Assembly (NCBI GenBank): GCA_016188545.1
Contig: JACPHO010000001.1
Coordinates: 355,324-419,323 of the forward strand
Direction: 5' to 3'
Length of the DNA stretch: 64,000 nucleotides
DNA from: Candidatus Shapirobacteria bacterium
GTDB lineage: Bacteria > Patescibacteriota > Microgenomatia > UBA12405
Below the pieces are notes generated by a model, which saw only the letters and a program-made list of their open reading frames with translations, was not told the DNA's origin and did not search any database. Below, piece by piece: positions 28,969 through 38,826 of the stretch; positions within the stretch are counted from its first letter, which is position 1, and the number at the start of each line of letters is the position of its first letter. Position numbers and translations under genes: made by a program.

Positions 28969-29319
28969 TTATGACTTAAGTTTATTTACAATAGAACTTA
29001 AAATTAGGCTTACTTCTTTGGTTTCTTGATATAAATTTGCTGATTTCACCCTTAGCTTTGGCTCAGCCTCAATTAGCATTATTATCCAATATAGGGTTTC
29101 TCGAGCTTCTTTTCTCGCAATACCAACTTTGTGTATAAAATCATTTTTACTTTCTGAATTATTGGCTTCACAATAATTTGCCCCAATACTAGTACCTGCA
29201 CGAATAAATTGACTGATCAGTGGCAAAGTAATCGTATTTTTGGGCACCAACTTTGCGAAACATATGACTTGCTTACCCAAACTTTCCAGTCTCTCAATAA
29301 GATCAAATTTTGTTGCCAC
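28969..29319 (-). CDS. four-helix bundle protein (23S rRNA IVP / Avd-like family)
   Basis: QFIRAGTSIGANYCEA, DFIHKVGIARKEARETLYW; flanked by heptamer tracts. Confidence 0.93.
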   Translation of the reverse strand: MATKFDLIERLESLGKQVICFAKLVPKNTITLPLISQFIRAGTSIGANYCEANNSESKNDFIHKVGIARKEARETLYWIIMLIEAEPKLRVKSANLYQETKEVSLILSSIVNKLKS

Positions 29320-29370
29320 GTATTAATTCTAACAAGTTTAGTTTTTACTTTTTATTTTTTACTTTTGAAT

Positions 29371-30270
29371 TTATGCATTAAAGCTCCTCTCCATCCAATG
29401 TCGGTCTATCTCCACTGTCATTTCCAAAAATACTTTACGTCCAGACATTAGCTCCAATTCCTTTCTGGCGTTAAATCCGATTTCTTTTATTTTTTGCCCG
29501 TTCTTACCGATAATCATTTTCTTGTATCTATCTGCATTAGTGTTGATAACTGCCTTAATATAGATCAATTTTCCCTTATCTTTTACCTCTTTTACTTCAA
29601 CGTTAATGGTATAAGGCAGCTCTTCTCGTAAAAACAAATATGCCTTCTCCCTGATTATCTCTCCGATATACTCACGTGAACCCATTCCCATAAGTAGGCC
29701 TTTCTTTTCAGCCATCACACCCAGCTCGCTGTTTATTTCTTTCTCAGTTTTTTCGGGTAAAAAGTCAAAAATTAGGTTTAAAAGTCCCTTGACATTCTTT
29801 TCTTTTATAGCGCTAATACTGATGACCTTGTCAAATTCTTCCTCCAAGTAGTTATATTCAGCCAAGTGATCCTTGGTCCCAATAGCTTTATCTGTTTTGT
29901 TGTATACCAATATTTTTTTTGAAGGCATTTTACGAACTAATCCAATTACCTTATTCTCTTCTTCAGATTTCTCTCGGGAAATATCGACCAAGCAGACAAT
30001 TACATCCTTCCTGGCTGTTGACTTGGGCGCTTCCAAATTGATGTTCTTTGACATCAAGTCTTCTACTTGGTTAATGATTCCGGGTGTATCAGTAAAAACA
30101 ATCACTCCTTTCTCATTTCGGAACACCACTTGACTACTTTTTCGGGTTGTTTGCGGTAGGGGAGAAGTAATCGCTACCTTTTGGTTCATCAGCGCGTTTA
30201 GTAGAGTTGATTTACCGGTATTTGGTCGACCTACAATCGCGACACGACCAAACTTTAACTTATTTATCAT
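29371..30270 (-). CDS. era: GTPase Era
   Basis: GRPNTGKST, PQTTR, DTPG, EELPY, IIGKNGQKIKEIG. Confidence 0.96.
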   Translation of the reverse strand: MINKLKFGRVAIVGRPNTGKSTLLNALMNQKVAITSPLPQTTRKSSQVVFRNEKGVIVFTDTPGIINQVEDLMSKNINLEAPKSTARKDVIVCLVDISREKSEEENKVIGLVRKMPSKKILVYNKTDKAIGTKDHLAEYNYLEEEFDKVISISAIKEKNVKGLLNLIFDFLPEKTEKEINSELGVMAEKKGLLMGMGSREYIGEIIREKAYLFLREELPYTINVEVKEVKDKGKLIYIKAVINTNADRYKKMIIGKNGQKIKEIGFNARKELELMSGRKVFLEMTVEIDRHWMERSFNA

Positions 30271-30377
30271 TATTGGTATTTTACACTAAATTTGTTTTAC
30301 TCATAAATCATAAATCATTCATCATAAATCATATTTCTCTCTTGACACCTAGCAGTTCAGTTGTTAGACTGCTAAAT

Positions 30378-32765
30378 ATGTCCGAAGAACAACCAATAAT
30401 TGATCAAACCAATCGAGAAACAGCCCTCGAGCCTGTCAAGAAAATTCTGCCTCTAATTCCACTTCGTAACATCGTTTTATTTCCATCGGTAGAAACCTCG
30501 CTTTTCTTTGGCCGCAAGGAGTCCATGAACTCACTGCTACACGCCTACGACAATACTAACAAGTTGGTAATTATCACCACCCAGCAAAATTCAAAAACCG
30601 AAAAGCCAACTCTAAATGATTTATATACAGTTGGTGTCCTAGCCAAAATCGAACACATTCTCCATACTGACGGTTCACTTCATGCCATTGTTAAGGGGAT
30701 TTCTCGGGTCAACATTATCAATATGGTTCAATCCGAACCTCATTTTCTTGTCGAATTTGTCGATCTTCCAGTTATTACCGAGTCCCTTACTGATATCCAG
30801 CAATCGGCTGAAGTCCTACTAGATCAACTCAAAAAGGCATTTGCTATGGGTCGTCAATTCGACCTCCCCGCCATGATGCAACTTAGCACTGGTGTCAGTA
30901 GTAGCGACCTAGCCGACCAGGTTTGTTTTTCGGTCAATGCCAAGCTACCCGAGAAACAACAGCTTTTAGAAACCCTCATGGTAAGTCAGCGCCTTCGTTC
31001 TGCCGCCGAACACCTGGTTAAAGAAATGAAAGTTGCCGAGCTTGAGCGATCAATTGAAGACAAAACCCAGGAAAAGTTCAATTCGAGTATGAAGCGAAAT
31101 GTGCTTGAAGAACGTAAGCATCAAATTGAAAAGGAGCTCAAAAAACTTGGGCATGAATCCGGCAGTGATACTGATGAATTAGCTAAGAAGATTAAGAAGC
31201 TAACCATGCCCAAAGAGATTAGGAAAAAGATCCTCAAAGAACTTCACCGTCTCGAAGAAATGGGTAGTATGTCTCCTGAGTCTAGCTACATTCGTACTTA
31301 TCTAGAAACTGTCGTTGAACTCCCTTGGGGAAAATACGGCAAATCAGTATTAAGCTTAAAAGAAGCCGAAAAGATTCTCGAACATGACCACTTTGGTCTA
31401 AAAGACGTTAAAGATCGTATTTTAGAGTACCTTTCTGTTTTGAAGCTCAAAGAATCCCAAAAAGACAAAAACCAAATCGCTACCGCCAACATCCTTTGTT
31501 TCATCGGCCCTCCGGGGGTAGGTAAGACTTCCCTTGGTAAATCCATTGCCAAAGCTCTCGGCCGTGAGTTCATTAGAGCCTCGCTCGGTGGTATTCGTGA
31601 TGAAGCAGAGATTCGTGGACATCGTCGAACTTATGTTGGAGCCATGCCAGGTCGTATCGTAAAGGGGTTAAAAGAAGCCAAATCAATGAACCCAGTCTTC
31701 ATGTTAGATGAGGTAGATAAAATCGGAGCCGACTACCGGGGTGACCCGTCTGCTGCCCTTCTCGAAACACTGGACCCAGAACAGAATCGTGAGTTTTCCG
31801 ATCATTACCTCGATTTTCCCCTCGATTTATCTAAAGTGTTTTTTATTTTAACCGGTAACGATCTTGGTTCAATTCCACATGCGCTTAGAGATCGTCTCGA
31901 AATCATCAGCTTCAGTGGTTACACTCTAGAGGAAAAGTTCAATATTGCCAAAAAATATTTATCTAAGAAACAATTGGAAGCCAATGGACTTACCGATAAA
32001 AGTATCGAAACCATTTCCGATGACACCTACCGCTATCTGATCGACAAATACACTCGTGAAGCTGGTGTTCGTAATTTAGAAAGAACGGTTTCAGCTCTAT
32101 ATCGTAAAGTTGCCAAGGAAATTGTTTCCAAAAAAAGTACCAAAGTAAATCTAAACGACCAAAAAGTAATCAAAAAATATCTTGGGCCGGAGCGGTTTAC
32201 TTCCCAGCTTAAAGGTAAAAAAGACGAAATCGGTGTCAGTACTGGTCTTGCCTGGACTAGTGTCGGTGGAGATATTCTCTTCATTGAAGTCAATATTATG
32301 CCAGGTAAGGGTTCTTTGATCCTTACAGGTAAGCTTGGTTCAGTCATGAAAGAATCCTGTCAGGCTGCTGTTTCCTTTGTTAGATCTATGGCTAAAGATT
32401 GGGGGATTAAGCAAGATTTCCATAAAGTTGACATTCATATCCACGTTCCGGAAGGGGCAACTCCTAAGGATGGCCCTAGTGCTGGTGGTGCAATTACCAC
32501 TGCCCTCATTTCAGCACTTAAAGAAGTCCCTATGCCCCGCGACATTGGTATGACCGGCGAAATCACTCTTCGGGGAAATATTTTAGAAATAGGTGGGCTT
32601 AAGGAAAAATCAATAGCGGCTCATCGAGCCGGGCTCAAGACTATCTTTATTCCAAAAGACAACGAGAAGTCTCTAGTGGAAATCCCCAAAGAAGTTAAAA
32701 AAGCCATAAAATTCATTCCAGTTGAGCACTACACCGAAATCTATCGTCGGATATTCAAAAAATAG
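30378..32765 (+). CDS. lon: Lon protease
   Basis: GPPGVGKTS, RGHRRTYVGAMPG, PKDGPSAG, GGLKEK; start at MSEEQ. Confidence 0.97.
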   Translation: MSEEQPIIDQTNRETALEPVKKILPLIPLRNIVLFPSVETSLFFGRKESMNSLLHAYDNTNKLVIITTQQNSKTEKPTLNDLYTVGVLAKIEHILHTDGSLHAIVKGISRVNIINMVQSEPHFLVEFVDLPVITESLTDIQQSAEVLLDQLKKAFAMGRQFDLPAMMQLSTGVSSSDLADQVCFSVNAKLPEKQQLLETLMVSQRLRSAAEHLVKEMKVAELERSIEDKTQEKFNSSMKRNVLEERKHQIEKELKKLGHESGSDTDELAKKIKKLTMPKEIRKKILKELHRLEEMGSMSPESSYIRTYLETVVELPWGKYGKSVLSLKEAEKILEHDHFGLKDVKDRILEYLSVLKLKESQKDKNQIATANILCFIGPPGVGKTSLGKSIAKALGREFIRASLGGIRDEAEIRGHRRTYVGAMPGRIVKGLKEAKSMNPVFMLDEVDKIGADYRGDPSAALLETLDPEQNREFSDHYLDFPLDLSKVFFILTGNDLGSIPHALRDRLEIISFSGYTLEEKFNIAKKYLSKKQLEANGLTDKSIETISDDTYRYLIDKYTREAGVRNLERTVSALYRKVAKEIVSKKSTKVNLNDQKVIKKYLGPERFTSQLKGKKDEIGVSTGLAWTSVGGDILFIEVNIMPGKGSLILTGKLGSVMKESCQAAVSFVRSMAKDWGIKQDFHKVDIHIHVPEGATPKDGPSAGGAITTALISALKEVPMPRDIGMTGEITLRGNILEIGGLKEKSIAAHRAGLKTIFIPKDNEKSLVEIPKEVKKAIKFIPVEHYTEIYRRIFKK

Positions 32766-32922
32766 AAAACTAAAATAATTGATATTGATCCTGGAACAAT
32801 TACCGAACCGAGTCTGCAAATCGATGGTAAAATTCTCGGTAATAAAAAAAGACACCTATCTAACGACTCGTTTCCACCACGTATCAGTTGATGAATTAAC
32901 CAATAGTGCCTAGGTTAGCTGT

Positions 32923-34671
32923 CTACTTAAGATATTCTGTTTTCCAGACTGAAAAATCGACCAAGTTAACCTGACCATCGTTGTTAAAGTCAGAAATTTT
33001 GGTAGTCACTTGCCCAAGATACTCAGCTTTCCACCTGGAAAAATCAACTAGATTGATTTTTCCATCACAGTTAGTGTCTCCCTTTATTTTTGGCAAAGAA
33101 CACCCTTCGGTTATCAAGGTGGGTTTGGTCGAAGGTAATGTACTACTACCTTTATTTTCATACGCTCCGATATCATAATTTCCCGACTGGGGGCGGGGCA
33201 CTCCATCAAAATCATCAGAGACCAAAGAACCTAAGTTATATCCAGAATTAATCAGCGGAGAATTACTTTTTAAACCGAAGTTATGGGCATTTACATCTAC
33301 AAAACTAAAATTTCCCTGACTAGCGTTATGATCAGCAATCAGACTTGTTGGTAGCCCCCGACAGGTCCCGTTGCTTGAGTTATAGAGACAAATACTGCCT
33401 CTGCTCCACATAGAAAAAACATTATTACGGATAATAGTGCCACTTCCAACTAGTGGATAAAGACGAATCCCTTCAACAAACCCATGAATTGTGTTGTTAT
33501 AAATTTGATTGCCATAAGAATGGCAATTTCTAGGATTGTAATAATATTTATAATCGGGATGTGCCGGATTGTTAGGAGGAACAATCGCCTGAGAACTACC
33601 CTCCGTCTCGTCACAAGGCCAGTCTTTTTTTACGTTATTATCGTATGACTTAATTTCAATACCACCCACAAATTTGCTAGGGGTATCTGTCGAGTAAATA
33701 ATGTTATTACGGATAATATTGTTGTCACCACCCTCAATATCAATCCCTTTTGACGTTCCAAAAATTTTGTTTTTCTCAATCACATTGTTATCAGATATAT
33801 CCCATTCGAACAAAATACCAGTACAGTTAGTTTTGCTCCCCAACTGACTCAATTTATTTCCTCTAACCACATTATTATTTCCCAGTAAGTTTATTAGCTG
33901 ACATCCATATGGAGTATCTACTCGATCAGTGACTTTGTAAATTTCATTGTTCTCAATTCTATTGTGATTACCGTTAAACTGCATACCCGACTCCCGATAA
34001 TATGTGTGTACCCGGTTGTCATGGACGTACCAATGGTCAGTGCTATGCTCAGTCATAGTGGACCAGTTGTCTTTGAAAGTAAAAATTCCATTTGAAACAT
34101 CGACAAAATCTATTCCAGATACTTCCCAGCTGTCACAATCACCTGCGATAATTCCCGAAGATTGTTCCGCTACCATTCCCTGCACTACAATTCCCTTTTT
34201 GCTATCGACACCATTTGACAACTTCCTTGTAGTTACATCAATGCCAATAATATGAATATAATCAGCTTTCGGAGTAGACCAAGACGGAGGATTGCGGGGA
34301 TTAATAATACAGCGAAAAATTTCACGATCGTTTCTGTCGGCAGTTAATATTTTTAAAATAACTTGCTCACCTGGAAAATTTGAAAATGTGATTGGTTTAG
34401 ATTGTGTCCCTGAGTTTTGGAATCTCCACCCATTGGAAATTCCCTCGTATTGACCACCGCGTACATAGACTGTATCACCGGCTACTATGCTTTTTGTCGC
34501 CTTTTCTATTGTTCTCCATGGAGCAGTTGTCGATCCACTGTTGACGTCACTTCCCGAATTGGAGACATAATAATTAGCTGAATATGAATATTTAGGCAAA
34601 GAAAATATCAATATTAGTAGATAACAAATTACATACTTCATATATTTTAATATACTCCTTTTCGCCGACAC
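32923..34671 (-). CDS. secreted right-handed beta-helix protein with C-terminal dockerin-like domain
   Basis: YYVSNSGSD..G...PWRTI, NNIIRNNII repeats, YDIGAYE, paired GDTNCDGKINLVDF / DFNNDGQVNLVDF. Confidence 0.88.
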   Translation of the reverse strand: MSAKRSILKYMKYVICYLLILIFSLPKYSYSANYYVSNSGSDVNSGSTTAPWRTIEKATKSIVAGDTVYVRGGQYEGISNGWRFQNSGTQSKPITFSNFPGEQVILKILTADRNDREIFRCIINPRNPPSWSTPKADYIHIIGIDVTTRKLSNGVDSKKGIVVQGMVAEQSSGIIAGDCDSWEVSGIDFVDVSNGIFTFKDNWSTMTEHSTDHWYVHDNRVHTYYRESGMQFNGNHNRIENNEIYKVTDRVDTPYGCQLINLLGNNNVVRGNKLSQLGSKTNCTGILFEWDISDNNVIEKNKIFGTSKGIDIEGGDNNIIRNNIIYSTDTPSKFVGGIEIKSYDNNVKKDWPCDETEGSSQAIVPPNNPAHPDYKYYYNPRNCHSYGNQIYNNTIHGFVEGIRLYPLVGSGTIIRNNVFSMWSRGSICLYNSSNGTCRGLPTSLIADHNASQGNFSFVDVNAHNFGLKSNSPLINSGYNLGSLVSDDFDGVPRPQSGNYDIGAYENKGSSTLPSTKPTLITEGCSLPKIKGDTNCDGKINLVDFSRWKAEYLGQVTTKISDFNNDGQVNLVDFSVWKTEYLK

Positions 34672-34683
34672 ATGATATTTATA

Positions 34684-37005
34684 TTACATTTTTTCCAGTG
34701 TCCCAATTCCCAAAATATTTAGGCCATCCCTAATAATTTTTGCAGTTACAGCCGTCAAAAACACTCGCCGTCCCTCCTGAGGATCCCCAATAACTCTACA
34801 CTTCCCATAAAACTCATTATATTTTCTAGCCAAATTTAGTAAATATTCCGCCAACACCGCCGGGTTATATCTTTCACCAGCCTCGACAATCTTTTCCTTA
34901 AAAATATAAAAATATCGCAGCAGGGGAGTCTCATTCTCATCAAACCCTTCGCTTGTTTTGATGTTTGATGTTTGATGTTTGGATTTTAATATAACACTCT
35001 TACATCTGGCATAAGTGTATTGTAGATATGGTGAAGAATTTCCCTCCATGCTCATAACCCTATCCCAGTCAAAAACGATATCCTTTTTAGGGTCAGATGA
35101 CAAATCATTAAATTTCACCGCTCCTATAGCTACTTTTGCAATCGACACATTATCATTTTCAGGAGCGATACTTTTTGCCATATCCATGGCTTTATCAATT
35201 ATATCTGATAAATGGATAGTGTCACCTTTGCGAGTTGAAAATTTTCCGTCTTTCCAGCGAATCAAACCGTGGCCAATGTGGACAAAATTTGCCTCCCAGC
35301 CTACTAGTTTAGCCGCCGCGAATACTTGCTTAAAGTGCAATGTCTGCTCTGAGCCAACCTCATAAATAATCAAATCCGGGTTCCATTTTTCTTTTCTAAA
35401 TTTAATCGTTGCCAAATCTCGAGTAAAATATGTCGTCGCCCCATCCGATTTTAATATCATTGCCGGTGGTAAATTTGGCACTTCCACTATCTCTGCGCCA
35501 GCACTTATTTTACTCAATTTTTTATCCCTAAAAATCTGCTCGATTTCTGACAACATTTTTAAATAGAACTCCTCACCATAAGCATTATCAATTTTTACGC
35601 CCAACATTTCATAGACCCTGTTAAATTCTTTAATGGATATATCGATACATTCTCGCCAAATTTTTCGTGCCTCAACATCACCCTTTTCTAGCTTGGCAAA
35701 CCAGTCTCTACCCTCATCAATTAATGTTTTATCATTTTCTGACTCAGCGTGAAATCTGACATAAAGCTTTTCTAGTCCTTCTATTGTGCTTTCCATTCCC
35801 CAATGTTTTATCGCTGTTATCATTTTTCCAAATTGTGTACCCCAATCACCCAAGTGATTATCGCCAATTGTATTCCAACCCAACACTTTGTAAATGTTAT
35901 ACAAAGCATGTCCAATATTGGTTGACCTTAGGTGGCCTATCCCAAAAGGCTTCGCGATATTTGGTGATGAATATTCAACAATTACTGTTTTTCCTTTTCC
36001 GATGTTTTCTAATTCGTTTTTATACATATCACTCAAAATATAATTTGATTCATCAATCAGTACACTTTCTTTTATCCACAAGTTGCTAAATCCAGCTACA
36101 GTATCAACTCTTTCAATAACATCTAAATCGGAAAAATTAGCTATACCCCTTACTGCATAATCCCCAAATTTTTCCACTGCTGGGTGTTCAACTGGCATCT
36201 TTGCCACATCAAATATTTGTTTGGCAATGCCATAATATTTCTTTGCGTTAACAATCTTCTTTTTTTTACTTTCAATAATATCCTCAACTTTTTTTGATAC
36301 AAAATCAATTTCGACCGTAGGGTTATCCTTATCCAGCCACAATATCTCGAATGTTCCCCCAAACAATCCCTTAACTTTTTGTACAAATTCATTAGCTATT
36401 TTTTTTATCAAATCATCATTTATCCCCCTAAACCCATCCATCACGAAGTAACCGTTAGTCGACTCGCTCGTGAGTTTTGTGCGCTCACATTGTCGCCAGT
36501 TCAGCGCTCTAGTTGACAGGTCCAGTCCGTCACCCCACACTAGTTCACCTTCCACTGCCGATTTACTTTTTATTGCTCCAATTGGAAACCATTTTTCTCC
36601 ACCTTTGGCAATAAACAATCTAAAATTCCCATATACTTTGTCCAAGTCCTCACCTCCAAACGGAATAATATTGGTGATACTATACGAATTGTATAAATTT
36701 ACCATCGGGTTAATATCCGGAATCAGTCCGCCTTCCAAAACCCTTTTTGATAGTGCTACATGAGCCGGTGCAAAAACTTTTGGGTCAGTTCCAAATTCAC
36801 TGAAACACTTTTCGTAAGCTGTTACTTTTTCTAACTCAAAAAAACTTTCGCTGGTGTGTTGTTTTTTAAGACTTTCCTCGGCACTTCTCAAGAGTTCGAC
36901 TGATTTTTCAACTGACTGGTGGTTGTCAAATCCATAAATAATCGGTATCGCTACTACTAGGTTCGGAAACTTTTCAAAAACACTATTATCAATTTCAAAT
37001 TTCAT
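34684..37005 (-). CDS. argS: arginine--tRNA ligase with N-terminal B3/B4 (PheT-like) domain
   Basis: EYSSPNIAKPFGIGHLRS, NHLGDWGTQFG, FSTRKG, YLQYTYAR; N-terminal INPMVNLYN..S...PFGGEDLD...LNWRQ. Confidence 0.95.
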   Translation of the reverse strand: MKFEIDNSVFEKFPNLVVAIPIIYGFDNHQSVEKSVELLRSAEESLKKQHTSESFFELEKVTAYEKCFSEFGTDPKVFAPAHVALSKRVLEGGLIPDINPMVNLYNSYSITNIIPFGGEDLDKVYGNFRLFIAKGGEKWFPIGAIKSKSAVEGELVWGDGLDLSTRALNWRQCERTKLTSESTNGYFVMDGFRGINDDLIKKIANEFVQKVKGLFGGTFEILWLDKDNPTVEIDFVSKKVEDIIESKKKKIVNAKKYYGIAKQIFDVAKMPVEHPAVEKFGDYAVRGIANFSDLDVIERVDTVAGFSNLWIKESVLIDESNYILSDMYKNELENIGKGKTVIVEYSSPNIAKPFGIGHLRSTNIGHALYNIYKVLGWNTIGDNHLGDWGTQFGKMITAIKHWGMESTIEGLEKLYVRFHAESENDKTLIDEGRDWFAKLEKGDVEARKIWRECIDISIKEFNRVYEMLGVKIDNAYGEEFYLKMLSEIEQIFRDKKLSKISAGAEIVEVPNLPPAMILKSDGATTYFTRDLATIKFRKEKWNPDLIIYEVGSEQTLHFKQVFAAAKLVGWEANFVHIGHGLIRWKDGKFSTRKGDTIHLSDIIDKAMDMAKSIAPENDNVSIAKVAIGAVKFNDLSSDPKKDIVFDWDRVMSMEGNSSPYLQYTYARCKSVILKSKHQTSNIKTSEGFDENETPLLRYFYIFKEKIVEAGERYNPAVLAEYLLNLARKYNEFYGKCRVIGDPQEGRRVFLTAVTAKIIRDGLNILGIGTLEKM

Positions 37006-37017
37006 ACTTAATATTAA

Positions 37018-37195
37018 ACCAAAAACCCCGCCTTTGGGATTAAATAATTAATCACAAGGACGGGATTTATCTGCCGGTAGGTAGATTTCTCTCGTGGTAC
37101 CACCTTTATTTTTCTCTTTTGAGTTTGTACGGTTCACTCCGTTTCCGATTTTGCGGAAGACTCCACCTTCGCGACAGGCTTCGTTGTCTTTGGAA
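37018..37195 (-). ncRNA. T-box riboswitch leader of argS
   Basis: AAGGTGGTACCACG at 37093-37106, then a CCCGTCCTT..AAGGCGGGG hairpin with T run before argS. Confidence 0.8.
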
Positions 37196-37261
37196 ATTAT
37201 ATACTATTCATTGTCATCTGGGTAGAATCTAACTAATCTCCACACGAAACACACCTAATAG

Positions 37262-37588
37262 TTATTTCGCCTCTTTCTGAATTGTTTTCCAGTGATACAA
37301 ATACAATGGCAAACCTACCGAAATCATCGCCAAAGAATTGGCCAGTTCGCTTTGTCGTAGATTTTTCGTTTGCTGTTCCTGCTGAGCTTTCATTGCCTCA
37401 GGATCAACATATTCCGGATCAGTTTTTGCTGGAGTAGGACCGTAAAACACGAATCCATCAGCATCCCTAAAAACCCAGGTCTTCAATCCAAGATTAACAA
37501 TCTGAATCCCTCCAAACACCACAATTAACAACCCTACAAATGAAAATAAATACAAATAAAGCAATCTTAAATTAAATTTCATTACCAA
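37262..37588 (-). CDS. two-TM membrane protein (DUF5671-like)
   Basis: RLLYLYLFSFVGL...VGLPLYLYHW. Confidence 0.8.
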   Translation of the reverse strand: MVMKFNLRLLYLYLFSFVGLLIVVFGGIQIVNLGLKTWVFRDADGFVFYGPTPAKTDPEYVDPEAMKAQQEQQTKNLRQSELANSLAMISVGLPLYLYHWKTIQKEAK

Positions 37589-37648
37589 TTATACTACAAC
37601 CATTTCTTAACAGCTTTACAATTTAAATATTATCCTATATAATAATCT

Positions 37649-37909
37649 ATGTCATGTTTAGTAGCCAGAAAAGTTGATATAGGTGGTTTTTATTGTCCTC
37701 TGACTGATGTAATTTATGCAAAAAGAGCCGATGTCCCATTTTGTAGAAATTATGCACAACAAGCAGCCTGTGGAATAGTTGCCAATCAAGTGATTAGTCG
37801 GGAATCAGGTTTAGGAGGGGTTAAAAAGAATGAAGGGAAAAGCAGTGGTCTTTCACCTACGGTTGAAGGTATGCCTCATGTAAAGGGTCGAGGTAAGTCC
37901 AAAAAATAA
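37649..37909 (+). CDS. hypothetical Cys-containing protein
   Basis: ORF preceded by TATAAT; no recognised family. Confidence 0.45.
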   Translation: MSCLVARKVDIGGFYCPLTDVIYAKRADVPFCRNYAQQAACGIVANQVISRESGLGGVKKNEGKSSGLSPTVEGMPHVKGRGKSKK

Positions 37910-37975
37910 CTAAAATACGAGGTATTCTCTCCTTGTTCTTTTATAGTTTTTGGTTTAGAATTTACTTACATAAAT

Positions 37976-38419
37976 ATGGCTTTTTCAATTAATTTGGCAA
38001 TTATCACCGGCAACTTAACTCGCGACCCAGAGCTTCGTTTTACTCCCTCCGGTCAGGCAGTTTGTTCATTCGGAGTCGCCACCAACCGATCCATTAAAAA
38101 AGGTGAACAATGGGAAGATGTCCCAACCTTCCACAATGTAGTTCAGTGGGGTAAGCCAGCTGAGTTTACCGCCAACAATCTAAAAAAAGGTATGAAAGTT
38201 ACTGTTACTGGTCGAATCGATAACCGTAGTTACGATGCCAAAGATGGTACCAAAAAATATATTAGTGAAATAGTCGCCGATACTGTCATTGGTCTTACCG
38301 ATCACCGTGGTGGCGGAACCCAAGCTAGTCATGACTCTTCAAACGAATCAGCCCCACTTCCCGATAAAACTATCGATGCCGTCGAAGACATTGTAATACC
38401 AGACGAAATGCCTTTTTAG
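37976..38419 (+). CDS. ssb: single-stranded DNA-binding protein
   Basis: GNLTRDPELRFTPSG, acidic PDEMPF tail. Confidence 0.97.
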   Translation: MAFSINLAIITGNLTRDPELRFTPSGQAVCSFGVATNRSIKKGEQWEDVPTFHNVVQWGKPAEFTANNLKKGMKVTVTGRIDNRSYDAKDGTKKYISEIVADTVIGLTDHRGGGTQASHDSSNESAPLPDKTIDAVEDIVIPDEMPF

Positions 38420-38425
38420 ATAACC

Positions 38426-38492
38426 GAAGATATTGCTTGCCAGTCCGTAGCTTCAGCGTAGGATGGTCATCCCTGACGAAATGCCGTTTTAG
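38426..38492 (+). repeat. second copy of the ssb 3' end interrupted by a palindrome
   Basis: Removing 38436-38466 gives EDIVIPDEMPF* with five synonymous differences from 38384-38419. Confidence 0.85.
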
Positions 38493-38815
38493 CCAAACCG
38501 CTTTCTATCACGACTTCGATAATAATCGGCAGTAAGGTTAGATTCATTATCCGTACTTCTGCGAGATCTCAAATATACGGCAGCAGCATGCCCACCTTGG
38601 TATCTCTGAACTCTTCGATATTCGTCACAATCAAATTGCAACGGCAAGGGAGGGGTTACCCTTGTCGACCCTTCGCAACCTTGAGACTCATCACCCGACA
38701 ACACGCTTAATACCTCATCGCTTATTTGCCCTTCACGTCTCAACCTTAGCAAGTCTTCCGTGGATAACAAAACAATATCCTCCCTCAATGTTATTCCAGC
38801 AATTACAACTGCCAT
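38489..38815 (-). CDS. hypothetical protein
   Basis: ORF directly downstream of ung. Confidence 0.5.
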   Translation of the reverse strand: MAVVIAGITLREDIVLLSTEDLLRLRREGQISDEVLSVLSGDESQGCEGSTRVTPPLPLQFDCDEYRRVQRYQGGHAAAVYLRSRRSTDNESNLTADYYRSRDRKRFG

Positions 38816-38826
38816 AATTCACTATT

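Noticed and set aside
28969-29319. Diversity-generating retroelement suggested by the Avd-like gene
   Set aside because: No reverse transcriptase and no template/variable repeat pair with adenine-specific differences seen in the window.
30207-30377. Long N-terminal extensions of lon, and likewise of serS, the RRM gene, uvrA and dprA in the ORF track
   Set aside because: Extensions run through repeats, promoters or neighbouring genes; downstream ATGs match family N-termini.
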